NCBI GenBank assembly: GCA_964016885.1
Contig: OZ024742.1
Span: forward strand, 85,126,001 to 85,190,000
Length of the DNA stretch: 64,000 nt
From: Eledone cirrhosa
Lineage: Eukaryota
Reading direction: 5' to 3'
In this document: positions 42,290 to 57,431 of the stretch, piece after piece
How positions within the stretch are numbered: position 1 is the stretch's first letter
Layout of the letters: every line of letters starts with the position of its first letter
The notes under the pieces: model-generated
What the model was told of the DNA's origin: nothing
The model's input: the letters and a program-made list of their open reading frames with translations, nothing else
Databases searched by the model: none
Program-made: the position numbers and the translations under genes

Positions 42290-42347
42290 CCGGATGTGGC
42301 GCATGCGCAAACTGAGCACACAACACACACACAGAAACAAAATGGCG
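42290..42347 (+). promoter_or_regulatory. Clustered ETS, NRF1 and YY1 motifs upstream of the HHR
   Basis: CCGGATGT 42290-42297, GCGCATGCGC 42299-42308, CAAAATGGCG 42338-42347; motif matches only. Confidence 0.5.
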
Positions 42348-42393
42348 TAGGATAGAAGAAAGAAAAGGCACAGAAACGAAGAAAGGAATCCCC

Positions 42394-42438
42394 AGTCACT
42401 GAAGAGGTCACAGAGTGTGTGACGAAAGGACTATGACT
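42394..42438 (+). ncRNA. Minimal type I hammerhead ribozyme
   Basis: AGTCA-CTGAAGA-g-GTCACA/TGTGAC-GAAA-GGAC-TA-TGACT. Confidence 0.75.
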
Positions 42439-42652
42439 ATATATATAAACAACTATCTGGTTGTGGAACCAACCAACCAACCATAAATTTATAAGTTTGT
42501 AGATTTATAAATTTATAAATATATAATAAATTGAAGTGAAAGCAACTGGTGCGTGTGTTTCTTATTGGCAACATGACCCTCCCAAAGTATAACAATATCG
42601 GTTTCAACACACGATTTCAGATAAAGAATCTTGCTAATCAAATTCAGAAACG

Positions 42653-42700
<48 letters not shown>

Positions 42701-42703
<3 letters not shown>

Positions 42704-43233
42704 GATAAATCTACCAAGAGTTTACGGTAGTGTCCAATCCGTATGAAGAACTCAATGTAATCCGGATATCATGGAAAGAAGAGATGCAATGAAAAATCAC
42801 TTTCGGTGAAAGATAAACGGAATACAGAGTCAAGATAAAATATTAAAAATATAATGAATAAAACAATGAAACAGTTCCTTATATTAAACAAAAAAAGTTC
42901 ATTATTTAACGATCGTTTCTGGGATATATATGTGTTAGAATTGGCATGTATATTTAACAGATCTATGTACAAAATTATACAAAATTATACAAACTATCAA
43001 CATTAAATATACATACCAACTCATATATATGCCGTCTTCAGAAATAATAATGAGTTGGTATGTATATTTAATTTTGATAGTTTGTATAATTTTGTATAAT
43101 TTTGTACATAGATCTGTTAAATATACATGCCAATTCTAACACATATATATCCCAGAAACGATCGTTAAATAATGAACTTTTTTTGTTTAATATAAGGAAC
43201 TGTTTCATTGTTTTATTCATTATTTTTTTAATA
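42701..43233. mobile_element. Fold-back HHR element, same family as 1263-5175
   Basis: Arms ~42841-43023 / 43051-43233, left extension 42701-42840, (TA)n flanks. Confidence 0.88.
42898..43048 (-). ncRNA. Type I hammerhead ribozyme with long stem II (homologue of 1316-1469)
   Basis: Minus strand ATTATTT-CTGAAGA-...-GAAA-CGATCG-TT-AAATAAT. Confidence 0.75.
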
Positions 43234-43323
43234 TATTATATATGTATATATATATATGTATATATGTGTATATATATATGTATATATATATATATGTATA
43301 TATGTATATATATATATATATAT

Positions 43324-43445
43324 GACGGTGTGTCGCTGAGTGGTTAGAGAATTGGATTTACAATCTTGAGGTTTTGGGTTCGAGTCCTGGACCGGTCGAT
43401 GCCTTATGTCCTTGAGCAAGACCTTTTATTTCACGTTGCTCCTTC
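43324..43445 (+). mobile_element. tRNA-derived SINE head with CORE-like body (second SINE family)
   Basis: A box GCTGAGTGGTTA, B box GGTTCGAGTCC, then TGTCCTTGAGCAAGAC. Confidence 0.7.
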
Positions 43446-45010
43446 TACCTGGAGTTGCGACCGATATATAGTATTACCAACTGGAAAGACTGATGGAAAC
43501 ATTGTTTCCTCGGTCCGATTTGACGAAAGTCGATCGATTTAAAATATATATATATAATTCTTAAATGTGTATACCCGTCAGACATGCGTGTGAGATAATG
43601 GTCAAGTAATTATTATTTCAAATAGTAAATATGTTTTACATATTTTATGAGATGAGCCTGTGGTGTTATTCTGAAGAGAAATATTACTGAAAGAAATTAT
43701 TTATGTTGTTGATAGATAACGTACAATGACATACTGTTGGCGTTATTATAAGTATAGTATTAGGAATCCTTTTCTATTCCCAATTATTTTTTTTTATGCC
43801 CGAAGTTAACAATGCAATTGTTATCTGAAGCAGAAAAGAAGTAATTTCACAACTTAATTATGACACGTTTAGATATAGATGGAACAGTATTTTACACATT
43901 GCTGCTATCTCTCTGTATTTCACTTTGCTCTAGTAGCAATGCATAAAAATCAGATGACATTATCATATTTCGGAAATCGAGTTTATTGGCAATATATTTC
44001 ACGCTAGTATTATGGGTTTTCAGAGGAGAAAATATATCGTTCATTGTGAGTTATAGCCAAAGTAGAAATAGTCAATGAAGGATTTACCGAATAGATAAAT
44101 TTAGACGCAAACTCTTTGGGTATGATCTATATTCCTCATTCTATATTTAAACCCAAATTCCAAATAAAAGAGCAGTGGTATTTTGCAGCTTGCTAAATAA
44201 ATTGTGTTCTCAGACATTGTTGAAATTACAAACGAATGTGCAAACTACTGTATATATTCAATATATTTTAAGAAGTAATTGGTGTAATATTGTAAATTCC
44301 TTTAGCATAATATCATATGTTGTTTGAGAGGTATTGCGACTGGGATTAGATGCAAATATAAGAGAAACAGATTTTTCTCAAATCCTGACACCGAGAATAG
44401 AATAGGCATAGTTCAACACAATTATAGTTAATTTTGAAGTGTAAAAATACAAAGGTAATTTTCATGGATCTTATATATAATGAAACCTTTGGTTATATTT
44501 GTTAAATCTAGTTTATCATAATGTTTTCTTCACAAGGGGTTAAGATAATGTAAGTACATCATATCGATGGGTGCAAATCTATGTGAATACGCAATTTCCC
44601 GATAATTAAAGACCCACCATAGCGTCTTGCATTCCACTTGTTCTCTTTCAGAGTATGCGATTAACATGAACATTACAAATAATTAGTGGCCTCAAAAGTA
44701 GTGTAAAGAAGATTGCTGTATTTATATCGAAAGCACGAAGAAATTAAGAAAGGGAATCCTAGGGATAAAGAAAAACGGGTTGAATATTGGATACCAGACA
44801 TTGGATAGTTTAGTTGATAACATGATGTAATCCTTATGTTCGGCAATGTGTATTCCAATAAATGAGAACATGCATTAATTCTGCTTCAAACTTTCTTTGT
44901 AATTTAGGTAATATCAAATCACCTTGAGAAATTAGGCTTTCCTAATCAGATATTTTGGCATACCGAGTGAGTATCAGAAACAAAAAATCTATATCTATAT
45001 CTATCACTAA

Positions 45011-45196
45011 TTATTTCTGCTTTTGGCACAAGCCGAGCAATTATCCCAGTGTATTACTGGTACTTTATTTTATCGACCCCGTAAGGAGGAAAAGCAACGT
45101 TAACTTCGTGGGATTTGAACTCAGACCACAGAGAGCCGTAACTCTTGGTTGCAAAGCACGGCGTCCGATCCGCTACCGATACTGCCAATCCAACGC
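45011..45196 (-). mobile_element. tRNA-derived SINE (family of 33753)
   Basis: CTGGTACTTTATTTTATCGACCCC...GGATTTGAACTCAGA...CTGCCAATCC. Confidence 0.85.
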
Positions 45197-45897
45197 AACA
45201 ATGAAGTATAACAATGATATAAAATACTATACGTTTTAAATGTCTATATGACTGTTTCGAAACAAAATATAATGTTCGCTAATTGATTTCTTTATCAATA
45301 ACTAATACAGATTTGCTTTATTGGAACACAAATATCCTCGTGTCAACATGTCCGACTAGAAATTTCAAAATGCTTCATTTAAATAGAAGGCATCTGGAAC
45401 AGTAGACTTGCGGATAAGGAGCTTCGGGATGTCAGAAAACAAAAAGTAAGGTAATTCGCCGCTAAAATAAGAATTCTGTATATGTTTCCTCAATAAGTCG
45501 TGGCATAGAGCTAAATAAAGGGAAACGACAAAACTAACCAACATATCTATCTATTGAAAATAGTTCATGTTGTACACGTGAAAGGAGGATAAACATTAAT
45601 ATTTGAAAATCGTGATTGATTAATATAGTTACCTCATACTTAAAGATTTTGCTATGTCTTATCAAGTCTACATTTGTTTAGAATCCCATTTACATTCGAT
45701 CATATTCCAGATTTCCATTATTCTGCAATGAAGTTCCTTTCCATTTCATTTGAAGTGACATTGACATTTATTTTCTAGGGTGTGATGTATAGATTTGTTA
45801 GATGAGTACGATGTAGTTAGTGTCAAATAGTGAAATAGATACATGTATGTGTGTGTATGTACGATTGTATGTATGTTTATATATACATATATATTAT

Positions 45898-46507
45898 GTC
45901 AGGTCACCAGTTGGTGCTACTGGTAACATGTATCCCAGTACAACCTGTCTCATGGTCGGGTCGTTGACGACTGAACTGGCAACCCCACCAAGGTTTCTTG
46001 GTGAGGAGGGTGGCTTTGGACATCCTGCAGGACTAAAAACAAAACCTGTCAAAGGGCAAAGGAGCTCTTAAGAGTCAATGGCCATCCAAAATCACTGGGA
46101 GAGATGACCCCTTAGCCTTTGTCAAGGCAGAATTCTAGGAGAAGGAAAACTCTGATATAACACCTGCAACTCAGATGGTATCCAATGATGTTGACTTGTT
46201 CTTCTTTTTGGTAAATATCATCTTCGTTAAGAGAGTGGGACTGGCTTTGTGCAGTGCCTTTGCTCACTATAAAAGCTTCACGGCACAGGCATTGCTTTAT
46301 ATCTGGAGATCTCTCTTCACGTTTCCTCACAGGGTACCAATGGGCCTAGCACTATGTGTCAATAATTGTCACAGGTGTAGTGTTTGTACCAGTGTTTTCA
46401 AGTCGCTGGCTGGACTAAAAAGTCACACTCGTTCAGCGCATCGGTAGGAGTTCTCCTACATGGATATAAAGTAGTGGCCGTACTCGAAAACGAGTTGGCA
46501 GCCACCA
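45898..46507 (+). mobile_element. RTE-derived bipartite non-autonomous element, copy 2
   Basis: Near-identical to 5558-6164 with the same ends; microsatellite flanks. Confidence 0.8.
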
Positions 46508-47675
46508 TGTATATATATATATATATGTATGTATGTTTTTATTTATGTTTACAAATACGTAGTTATGCACATACATATATATATAGATACATACCTAAAT
46601 AAATACTTGCAGAAATATATACATACAAACATACATTTAGACATACATACGTAAATGCTTCCGCTGCAGGTTAAGCTTTTCGCGTTTTAACATCAATGTG
46701 ACGGAATCTACATAGCGTCCAGTCAGTAGCCCAATTACTGGTATCATTAATGTAACAGCAAACATATCTTAGGCCACGGATTTATTTTGTGCAGTGTCGA
46801 AGATCATATTTGCATTATGTTGCCTGGTAATTTTGACATAGAATGTATTTAAATCTATGCCTTATTATGTGTACCAGTCTTCGTGAGGTACCGGTGAAAC
46901 AGACAAGTATCTGATAGAATGTTGCTAAATTGGCTTCTAGTTTGTTCCTCTCTTTATATAGGAACATCTAACCAGGTCAAATTTATTCCCTATATCTTTC
47001 GAGAATGTCAAGGATTTTACCGACATAAGGACAATGATTTTCTCTATACCATTTATATTCTGGTTATCGATTTTGCGATCACCCACAAAGTAACTCTGCG
47101 TTCCAATCTCCATTGAACTAATTATTATCCTTCCTATATCTTCAGCACAGGACATTTTCACAACAGCAGTCATGTAAATGTCATGATCCTTAAACGTAAG
47201 CAAAGATACAGAGATATAACAACAACACAAACAACATTTAAGTGACACTTCCTGTCCTTCCAATAGCATCTACACATCATCAAAGTGTAGACACCTATCC
47301 ATATAACAATTCTTCCTACAAAAGGCAGATAACATCAAAGAGCTTTGGCAATGAGCTCATTGAGGTATATTCTTTGCACGATAGCAAAAATTCACATGGA
47401 GGAATATTTCAGATCAAAACATTAACAATTCCATGGATGAAAAGCTGCAAGCTTATATCTCGAAACATCTTTCGTAGATATGCTACCAGACATATTCAAA
47501 GTGAAATCGATATAGATATATAAATTAGTCTTGTAACCACCTCAAGTGTATTTGCTTTCTCTGTATAAATTAACTGTGCTAACTACCTTCATGCTTACTT
47601 AATTAATGAGAAAATTGTACATATTCTGCCCTATTAAAACTTTCAGATAGGTATAGGTGATCATACATACATACA

Positions 47676-47711
<36 letters not shown>

Positions 47712-47867
47712 CATCCACATAGTTTAATGATAGCAAAGGAACATACTAATTACTTGTTTGCAAATAAGCAGTAATAGTTAATTTTAATATAACTATTTAA
47801 ACTCATAATTTCGCATGGAATACTGTTTAATATCGATAGGTTATTTCGTATTCCATCCAATTAAGTA

Positions 47868-47927
<60 letters not shown>

Positions 47928-47930
47928 ACA

Positions 47931-48206
<276 letters not shown>

Positions 48207-48613
48207 GCAGAAAGCGCAATAATGAAATATTATATTAAAACACGTAATAGTGTAGGAAAAGTGTCCTCACATTTCCATCACACGCCCTTCATTGTAATTT
48301 GAAATAAAAATTGTAACAGAAAGTTAGTGTGTGACAATAGGAATGAAAGGATTAAAACAATGTGGAAGAACATATGTATATTCAGTCAATATCTATCTAT
48401 CTATCTCCGAATGGTATAGACGTTCTTCACATCGGCTCCGTGAGTATTGGAGATATTACGTGTTAACAGTAAGTGTTTGTCTGTATTCTTGCGTTATTGT
48501 GTTAATTAACCCCCTTGCCTGTGTCTTGGGACAATAGGGTTAAATTATTTCACCCCTTCTGGGGCGAAAATCTTCTTCCTAAAAATCTCGTAATTGTATC
48601 TACGCTAGTGGTA

Positions 48614-50490
48614 ATGGAAGCCATTACCACAGGTAACGATGACACACCCACTAAACAAACTGAAGGAGAGCGGGTAGCGGAGGCACAATCCTCCCTACTG
48701 AAAGAATAATGATTATTAGAAACATTAAAAAAATGGAACCTGACTCCTAATGAAAAAATTGACTCTGGGAAATTGCCAAAATTAATGGATGCCTTTCGAC
48801 TTTTCACGGTGCCACACCCACCAGCAAAGCTGAAAGAGAACTAGTAGCTGTAACTACGAGTCTCTCGGATACTGAACATATAAGTGAACATTTTGAAAAA
48901 ATGGAGTCTAACCCCAACCGGGAAGAAAATATGAACGCATACACCAACATAAATAACATAAACACAACAAACAATGAAAATTGTAACAACAAAAACAAGA
49001 AAACCACATTTCGACAAATGTAAACAGAGAGGGGGCGAACAAAATGACGTTCGCGCAAAGCATAAAAAAAAAGCTATCGTGTACGAACCTATTGACATTT
49101 CGAACATGGCCCAGCAAATGGAAAATGCACGGAACTATATAACTTTGGAGGAGAATGGTCTATTTTCTTTAAATTCTCTCCCAGAGCTAAACAAGGAAAA
49201 TAGCTTAAAAACTATTATTTATAGGACAATATCAAACAAAACCCGTAAGCCAGTACAACTCACACAGACAGAGATTGCACTGGCGTTAAAGATCATCTGA
49301 AAAACATTGTATTCATTCGGAAGGATAGACTCTACGGTAGTCTATCCATCCGAATGAAATATAAATTGACGGCCGAAAAACATTCCCTGGCCCCAATTGT
49401 GTCCCCCTTATTTACCTTCTTCCCCACTTATTTGGGAAGAAAAACACAAAGATTGACCATACACAGTATCGATCCAGATATTGATTTCTGGGCGGTACTG
49501 TGTGGCCTGCTCGACTTGAAAGACGATGCAATAATTTCGGTAGGTAAGTCTTCCAGCAACGTGTTCGGTGGAACTAACCTGCAAGTTCTGGTGCAAATGC
49601 AGCCAGAACGAATTGCTAGGATCCCCAACCGCATATTGCTGGATGGGCTTGCCTACTTACACATCACAGTGGAGGGTAGACGACCCGCTTGTTACCTCTG
49701 TAGTGGCAGGGGTCACTTGACGGTTGCCTGTTCCCAAACAACCAAAAAACACACCGATTTTATCCACACCAACAACTACAACACTAAAAACACAACCTCC
49801 ACCAACACCCCAAAAACAACTAACACCACAAGTTAAAACATAACTGAAAACAATCCCACCCAGAAAACAAATACAATAACACGCACACCACAAACACGAG
49901 CCGAAAATGAACCTCTCCCCTCAAATACGGAAGACAACCTCCTTTCGTCGTCAGACGAGAGGGGGGGGGGGACTTCCATAAAGTTAAAAGTAAAAAAAGA
50001 AAACACATCACAGGAACACAAATACAAACAACCCCTCCCCAAGCCATAAAACAGACTTCAACACAAAAAAACACACAACAACAGCAAACAAAACCATCAC
50101 GCAAAAAGAAAAATTTGCATATACCTACATAAGTACAATAAACAAAAAACTGTTAAACGTTATTTACAATAACAACTTAATAAAAACCGAAGGGTCGAAT
50201 TTCGCACAAGCAACGGGGCTCCCCATCTAAAAATGATGAAAGCCCCAATGGACATTTACAAAACGTTAAAAGAGACTTTTAAAGAGGACGTGTCCCCCCC
50301 CCCCCCTGCGTCATACCCATTAACCGTGTCCTCCTAAAAAATTCCCCCATCCCAGAGACACCCACACAACTCCAAACACCCCAACCTCATCACACACTGA
50401 TGCTCCTACACTTCCACAAACCACCACCCCACCCAACAACCCACCCCAACCCCCATGGAAATTGTGCGGCCCGGTCACCGAGACACAGAC
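48614..50490 (+). pseudogene. Tx1-like ORF1 (gag-like, CCHC zinc knuckle), disrupted
   Basis: RTISNKTRKPVQLT, VEGRRPACYLCSGRGHLTVAC; Thr/Lys/Pro-rich linker. Confidence 0.8.
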
Positions 50491-50520
50491 AGGTAAGTGC
50501 CTTTTCTCTTTACCACCAAC

Positions 50521-53500
50521 ATGGCTGTGTTGAGAATAGGTTGTCTAAATGCGCGTGGCCTGGGCTCACCTTGGAACCAAGCAATGCTTCTAAATGACCT
50601 CAGGTCATGATGTATAAATGTGATGGTTATTTGCGAGGCCCGGATCAGCAGTGTGCGATAGCTGGCCCCCCACACTTCATGACTTTGAGATGCACGTATC
50701 TCTCTGTCAGCCCGGGGTGGGGGTGGGGCTGTCGTTCTGCTGCAAATACATCTGGGTCTCGCTACACAGACGGTACACTTGGACCCGGAGGGTCGACTAG
50801 TGGTTCTGGACATTGGCAGTGGTGAAGGAAGAGCTTTTAGGCTGGTCGCCGTCTACGGCCCATTTGGGTCAACGCGGCCGGACTTCTTCCATCGTCTGGA
50901 GACTTTTCTAAGGATGTCCCGCTCCTTGCTTTTAGTGGGGGACTGGAATGGTATCCTAGATGCATGTTGGGACTATGTAGGGGCATGTCCTGATAGAGGC
51001 GGTTGTAACAGCTTCAAGGGGTTAATCGGCCGATTCGACCTGGCCTATAGATATCGACTAGATTTTCCGACTGTGCCAGCCTGGACTTGGAGAAACCACA
51101 GCGGTCAATCTAGATCGTACCTAGATAGGTTCTTAGTTAGAAATAAGGATGATAGGGACATTTTAAGTTGTCCAAAAATGCTCATGGTTGGCTATTCACA
51201 CCACAAGTTAGTGACCTCCATGTTCAATCTTGATAGAACGAATAGATAGGGACCCGATTACTGGAAGCTCAACTTGTCCTTACTGGCAAGTAAAGCTTAT
51301 AGGAACCGGATTAGTACATTAGTTAAGGGGCGGTTGACGGGCGCCATCGTCAACAGCAGGTGGTGCGGCTCTCTCAAAGAGAGATTAGAGTAGCTTCAAT
51401 AAGAGTTAGTAAGGAGTTAGCCTCAGATAGAAATAGGGAGGAAAGGGAGTGGGTAGATTATGTAGAGGAGGCAATTAGAAGCGGCGACGTAGCCAGAGTG
51501 CTAGCGTCGAGAACGGCCTTGTGCCAGTCCTTCGATGCGAAACACGAAGGCTGCGTGGTCCGAATCAAAATACGTGCTCTGGAAAACTAGGGGACCAAAG
51601 CTGTTAGCTGGGCCCGCGTGACAGAAGCCAAAAGCGGGACTAGATCCACTATCCGGTCTTTGCGTGACCAGGATGGATGGGTGATCCTTGAACCTAAGCA
51701 GATGTGCGAGGCCTTTCAAAGGCACTTTGCCCGATTGTTCGATTGTTCGGAAAGGACGAGGGGCCGGATGGAGATGTAGACCTCGGTATATACCTCGACG
51801 GCCTGCCGTGTTTTTTGGATGAGGAGGCGAAGTCCTGAGAGAGGCCGATCCAAGCTGCTGAAATAGGGGACGTGCTGAGCCAATGAGGTAGACGCAAATC
51901 TCCGGGTCTCGATGGTCTTCCATACGAAGTGTATTTAAGTATGCCGGACTTGTTCTTCGATCTCCTCGAAGCGGTCTACAGCAACTGGCAACAGAACGGG
52001 AGAATTCCCTGTTCTGTGACCAAGGGCGTAGTCTCGCTAGTGAGGAAGGACGAGAACAAGGGGGGTGAAATAAGTAATTTTAGGCCCATAACACTGCTAA
52101 ATGCAGACTTAAAGATTTTGGCCAATGTGTTAGCAAAGAGGTTGGCGCTTGTCGTGGGCAACCTGGTGGGAGATGCGCAGACATGCGCCATCCCGTCCAG
52201 GTACATTCACGACAACCTCCATCTCATGCGATACATCATAGAGAGGGTTGGGATACATCATAGAGAGGGTTGCGATACATCATAGAGAGGGTTTGGAACC
52301 CGGCTTTGGTGGGGCCCTGATCAAATTGGATCAATCTAAGGCGTTCGATAGGGTCGACCATCGTTACCTGGATGCGGTGCTAGTGGCGGCAGGTTTCAGA
52401 CCCGTTTTCAGGGGCTGGATCACTGCCATGCACAGCAGCCGCATCTGCTCTAGGGTCAAGGTGAACGGCTACCTCTCCGAGTCGTTCGAAATCACGCGGT
52501 CTATCTGACAGGGATGCCCTCTCTCCTCCCTTCTCTATGTATTGGCCCTAGAGCCAATGTTGCGAAAGTTGGAGTTGTTACAGGGCATCCCTTTGGAACC
52601 GGGATTGCGGAAAGCGGTGTCGGCCTACGCCGATGACGTGACAGTAATGGTGTCAACGACCTCGGAAATCGGAGTGATCGGCACCTTACTAGAAGAATAC
52701 GAAACGTTTACAGGGGCTAAGCTGAAGTGGGACAAGTCAGTCGGTTTGCAACTCGGCGAGTAGAGGGGCAAAGCGATGGACTCCAACAGCGTCGTCGGAC
52801 TTTGGACGGAGGGCCCGGTGAAGTTGCTCACAGTCTGGTTGGTTCGGGCCAGACCTCCAGGTGGAGAAGAACTGGAGTGAGGTATCGAACGGGGTGTTTG
52901 CGTTGATGCGGAAGTGGGCTGAGTGCAAACAATCCCTGAAAGTTCGCACGGAGGTGGCAAACGCGTATATAGCGTCCCTCATCTATTACCGCCTGACCGT
53001 CCTGCCTTGCCCAACGAAAACGGTCACCAAAATGGAGCGCGCACTCTTCCAATTCCTTTGGAAGAAGCGGGCTCCGTTGGTGAGGAGATCCATCTGCTGT
53101 CAACACCCTTCGAAAGGACGGCTGGGGATGCCGTGGCTGCTGCTGCGTAAACACACATTAAGGCTACGGCACCTCCAAGTATTCCTCACAGGTCAACCGG
53201 GCCCCGTTTGTGAGCCGAGCTTTTCTGAGACTCGTCTCGCTCACCGAGCTGCAGTCCTGGGTCAATCAAAGACCGAGAAAACTAGGCGCCTGGCACACCT
53301 AGTGTGCCCAGGTGCTCACGCCTCTCTGGCAGTCGGACCTGACTATCGGTGGAGACTCCACCTCGTCATTCTATAGAGGGCTGGTGGTTAGTAGGTGCGA
53401 CGACGCCCTCGGACAAACCCTAGGCATGGAGGAAGACGAACTGGCCAGCCTATTCGGGAGGACATTTGGCCCGGGACCTATGGACAACTTCCAGAAGTCC

Positions 53501-53988
53501 CTCGCCTGGCAGTGCTACCGAGGGGCGCTGCCCGTTCGAGGAAGGCTCTACAGACACGGGCGCCCGGGTAGGGACCCCTCGAAAAAAATCTGTCCCAGAT
53601 GCGTGCGCGACGAGGAAACCGTTGCGCACGCATTGGTACACTGCTGGGGCGTTGCGGATCTGTGGGGCTATGTCGAACGACTGCTGTCACGAGTGGGACC
53701 AATCAAGTTGACCACTGAGTCCATTGTAACGATCAATCTGCCCCCCCCCCTTTCAAAAATGAAGGAGAGACGCTCTTCCTCTGTGTAATAACCATGGTGA
53801 AAGAGGTCGTATGGTGGACACGTTTGAAAAGGCTGAGGTCGGACACCTTTCTCTCCGGCCAACAACTGGTCCTTTTCTTTACATACCATTTTAAGAGAAG
53901 GTTCAGATGGAGCAAGTTTTATGAAAGGGGGGTGAAAGTAGCGAGAATGGCCCGTGTGAATGGGCCTTTTCTCTTTATCAGCATGTAG
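50521..53988 (+). pseudogene. Tx1-like ORF2 (APE endonuclease, RT, C-terminal zinc finger), disrupted
   Basis: MAVLRIGCLNARGL, VGDWN, SYLDRFL, GLDGLPYE, NFRPITLLNADLKILA, LDQSKAFDRVDH, QGCPLS, AYADDVT, CPRC..EETVAHALVHC. Confidence 0.93.
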
Positions 53989-54600
53989 GTGGAAAGGTGG
54001 AAGTGCAAAGGAGCAGCCCCTCTCTGTACTCCTAAGGAAAAGGGTTGCACACTTTTTCGGGGGAGGGGGGAGTGTAACCCCCCAAACGCCTCCTCCCTAT
54101 TGAGGACTGTATTGTTAATTTTATATTTGTTATTTATATTTTACTCGTTCCTTTATGTAAACTCCCCCCATGTATTTGTCCCCTTCTTTTGTGCCCTCGT
54201 GGTAAATAAAAAGAAACATATATCTATCTATCTCTATATATATATTTATATATATATATATATATATTATAGAGTTTCATATGCAAATAAGGGTAATCAG
54301 CCCACCTACAAAGACGAAAACACTATATATTCTCATCTGTTCTCAAGTTTCTGTAGAAAGCTGCAGGGAGGAGGTCACTGTCATGATGAGAGACATAAGC
54401 TCAACATACAAATAGGCAGTTATTCCTCGCTGCTTCTGCTGGAATTCGCTAGACGTAGCTGTCTGTCAGCTCTTCAATATTCATAGTTCGGCTTTCAATA
54501 TATTTATTTATTAAATATAACTTATATCTTTAGATATACGAAAGTCACATACATATATGTATACAGCTATGTTAAAGCTAAATTTTAATATATATATATA

Positions 54601-54847
54601 GCATTTTAAGAGGGTCCGTCGAGCTGCGAATTATTGAGTCGGGTAGGATCGATATAGATCGAACCTTGAGCTGCTCAGTGGCGAAACGCGCGTCACCTAT
54701 CTATAAATGCAGTGAAGGAATAATCAATCGTCCTTTTTATCCTTTCTATATTTTACACTCTGTATAGCTCTACACATCATCACAGAAGTGAACCTAAACA
54801 TCGAGTGGTCACTCGGGTGAACCTGCAGTAACTCCTAGTTACACCCA

Positions 54848-54850
<3 letters not shown>
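54601..54850 (+). mobile_element. TA-flanked fragment retaining only the 3' half of an HHR
   Basis: GAAA-CGCGCG-TC at 54683-54694; no intact CUGANGA upstream. Confidence 0.45.
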
Positions 54851-54890
<40 letters not shown>

Positions 54891-54970
54891 CACCCACCAC
54901 TCTCAAGCGTGAAACTAAAAACCATATCACTTGTACTGCCTCTCTGTTTTTTGTTCTCTGTTCATTTATT

Positions 54971-55030
<60 letters not shown>

Positions 55031-55081
55031 GCGAGAGAGAAAGAAAGAGAAAGATAGATAGATAGATAGATAAATAGATAA

Positions 55082-55114
<33 letters not shown>

Positions 55115-55736
55115 GAAAGAGAGAGAGAAAAAATGTGAAGTTGGAAATAGCACAGGAAATATAGTTTAGGGTCTGTTTTTTTCCCTTTCTTTGATTCATC
55201 AAAGTGACGTTATTGAACAAATGAGAGGGGCAATTCTTTTTAAAAATAGTTTTATAATGTCGATAATGTATATGAAGTATTTCCGGTTTCTATGTATTAG
55301 TAATATTCATCTTATCAAAAAACAATTAACAATAATTAATAAGAATTAAAAACTAAAAATTTAAGATATAAAATTAAGTGGGAAAATGTTTCTCCTTCCT
55401 TGTTGAGAAGGAGACTGGAAAATGAACTCTTGTGTATAGAGAGAGAGGTTTGTAGTCATGATATTAGCAGTAGCAGAGGTGGTGGGTGTGTTTCTTCACA
55501 GAAAAAAAATGTTTTGAGGAACAAAGAAAATATTCTGTAAATAAGTGTGTGTATCTCAATTGTGTTAATGAATTGGTCAAGAGTTCAGATGGGCGAAGTG
55601 GGTTATTGTAAGCTAGAGACAAATTCTATGGGATTGAAAACAGTAGGGTTGTAAAAGAAATTCTATTTTAGGAATATGGATTTAGAGAGTGTGTGTACAT
55701 GTGAGAGTCCATATATATATATATATCTTTATATAT

Positions 55737-55930
<194 letters not shown>

Positions 55931-55968
55931 GTATATATATATGTATGTATGTGTATATATATGTGTAT

Positions 55969-56577
55969 GTCAGGTCACCACTTGGTGCTATTGGTAACAT
56001 GTATCCCAGTACAACCTGTCTTATGGTCGGGTCGTTGACGACTAAACTGGCAACCACACCAAGGTTTCTTGGTGAGTAGGGTGACTTTGGACATCCTGCA
56101 GGACTAAAAACAAAACCTGTCAAAGGGCAAAAGAGCTCTTAAGAGTCAATGGCCATCCAAAATCACCGGGAGAGATGACTCCTTAGACTTTGTCAAGGCA
56201 GAATTCTAGGAGAAGGAAAACTCTGATATAACACATGTAACCCTGTTGGTATCCAATGATGTTGACTTGTTCTTCTTTTTGGTAAATATCATCTTGGTTA
56301 AGAGAGTGGGACTGGCTTTGTGCATTGCCTTTGCTCACTATAAAAGCTTCACGGCACAGGCATTGCTTTATATCTGGAGATCTCTCTGCACTTGCCATCA
56401 CATGGTACCATGGGTCCAGCACTATGTGTCAATAATTGTCACAAGTGTTGTGTTTGTATCAGAATTTTCAAGTAGCTGGCTGGACTAAAAAGTCACACTC
56501 GTTCAGCGCATCGGTAGGGGTTCTCCTACATGGATATAAAGTAGTGGCCGTACACGAAAACGAGTTGGCAGCCACCA
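55969..56577 (+). mobile_element. RTE-derived bipartite non-autonomous element, copy 3
   Basis: Near-identical to 5558-6164 with the same ends; microsatellite flanks. Confidence 0.8.
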
Positions 56578-56589
56578 TATATATGTATG

Positions 56590-56632
<43 letters not shown>

Positions 56633-56633
56633 G

Positions 56634-56670
<37 letters not shown>

Positions 56671-56857
56671 GTTTATATATATATATGTATGTATATATAT
56701 ATATATGTATGTATATATATATATGTATGTATGTATATATATATATGTATGTATAAATATATATGTATGTATGTATATATATGTATGTATGTATATATAT
56801 ATGTATGTATGTATGTATATATATATATGTATGTATGTATATATATATATATGTATG

Positions 56858-56908
<51 letters not shown>

Positions 56909-56985
56909 GTATGTATATATATATATGTATGTATGTATATATATATGTATGTATAAATATATATGTATGTATGTATATATATGTA

Positions 56986-57095
<110 letters not shown>

Positions 57096-57153
57096 CTGTT
57101 ATTAATTCTGGCAATATTACACAAATATGACCCTACCCGAGTATAACAATATG

Positions 57154-57238
<85 letters not shown>

Positions 57239-57365
57239 AAAGTTATATTTAAATTGTTGGGTTACAACTAGTAAATATTTATAACTGATATAAAAGCACT
57301 CGACAAGTATTTGGAGTATATTTACAATATTAAATAAATGGAAACTATATTTATAAAACCATATT

Positions 57366-57431
57366 TATTTCATTATATATATTTCAGGGATATCATATTA
57401 ACAATATGCTATGCCTTCCTCAGACAAAATA
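57366..57431 (-). ncRNA. Type I hammerhead ribozyme
   Basis: Reverse complement of 57617-57682. Confidence 0.82.

Larger units (their letters stand above)
48407..54219 (+). mobile_element. Near full-length but disrupted Tx1/L1-clade LINE
   Basis: ORF1 + ORF2 fragments in order; 3' AATAAA at 54205; (ATCT)n at both ends. Confidence 0.92.

Noticed and set aside
43324-43395. tRNA gene
   Set aside because: A and B boxes are present, but the acceptor stem does not close and the sequence continues into a SINE body
46850-47523. 110-aa and 93-aa ORFs as a transposase or endonuclease remnant
   Set aside because: No diagnostic motif recognised
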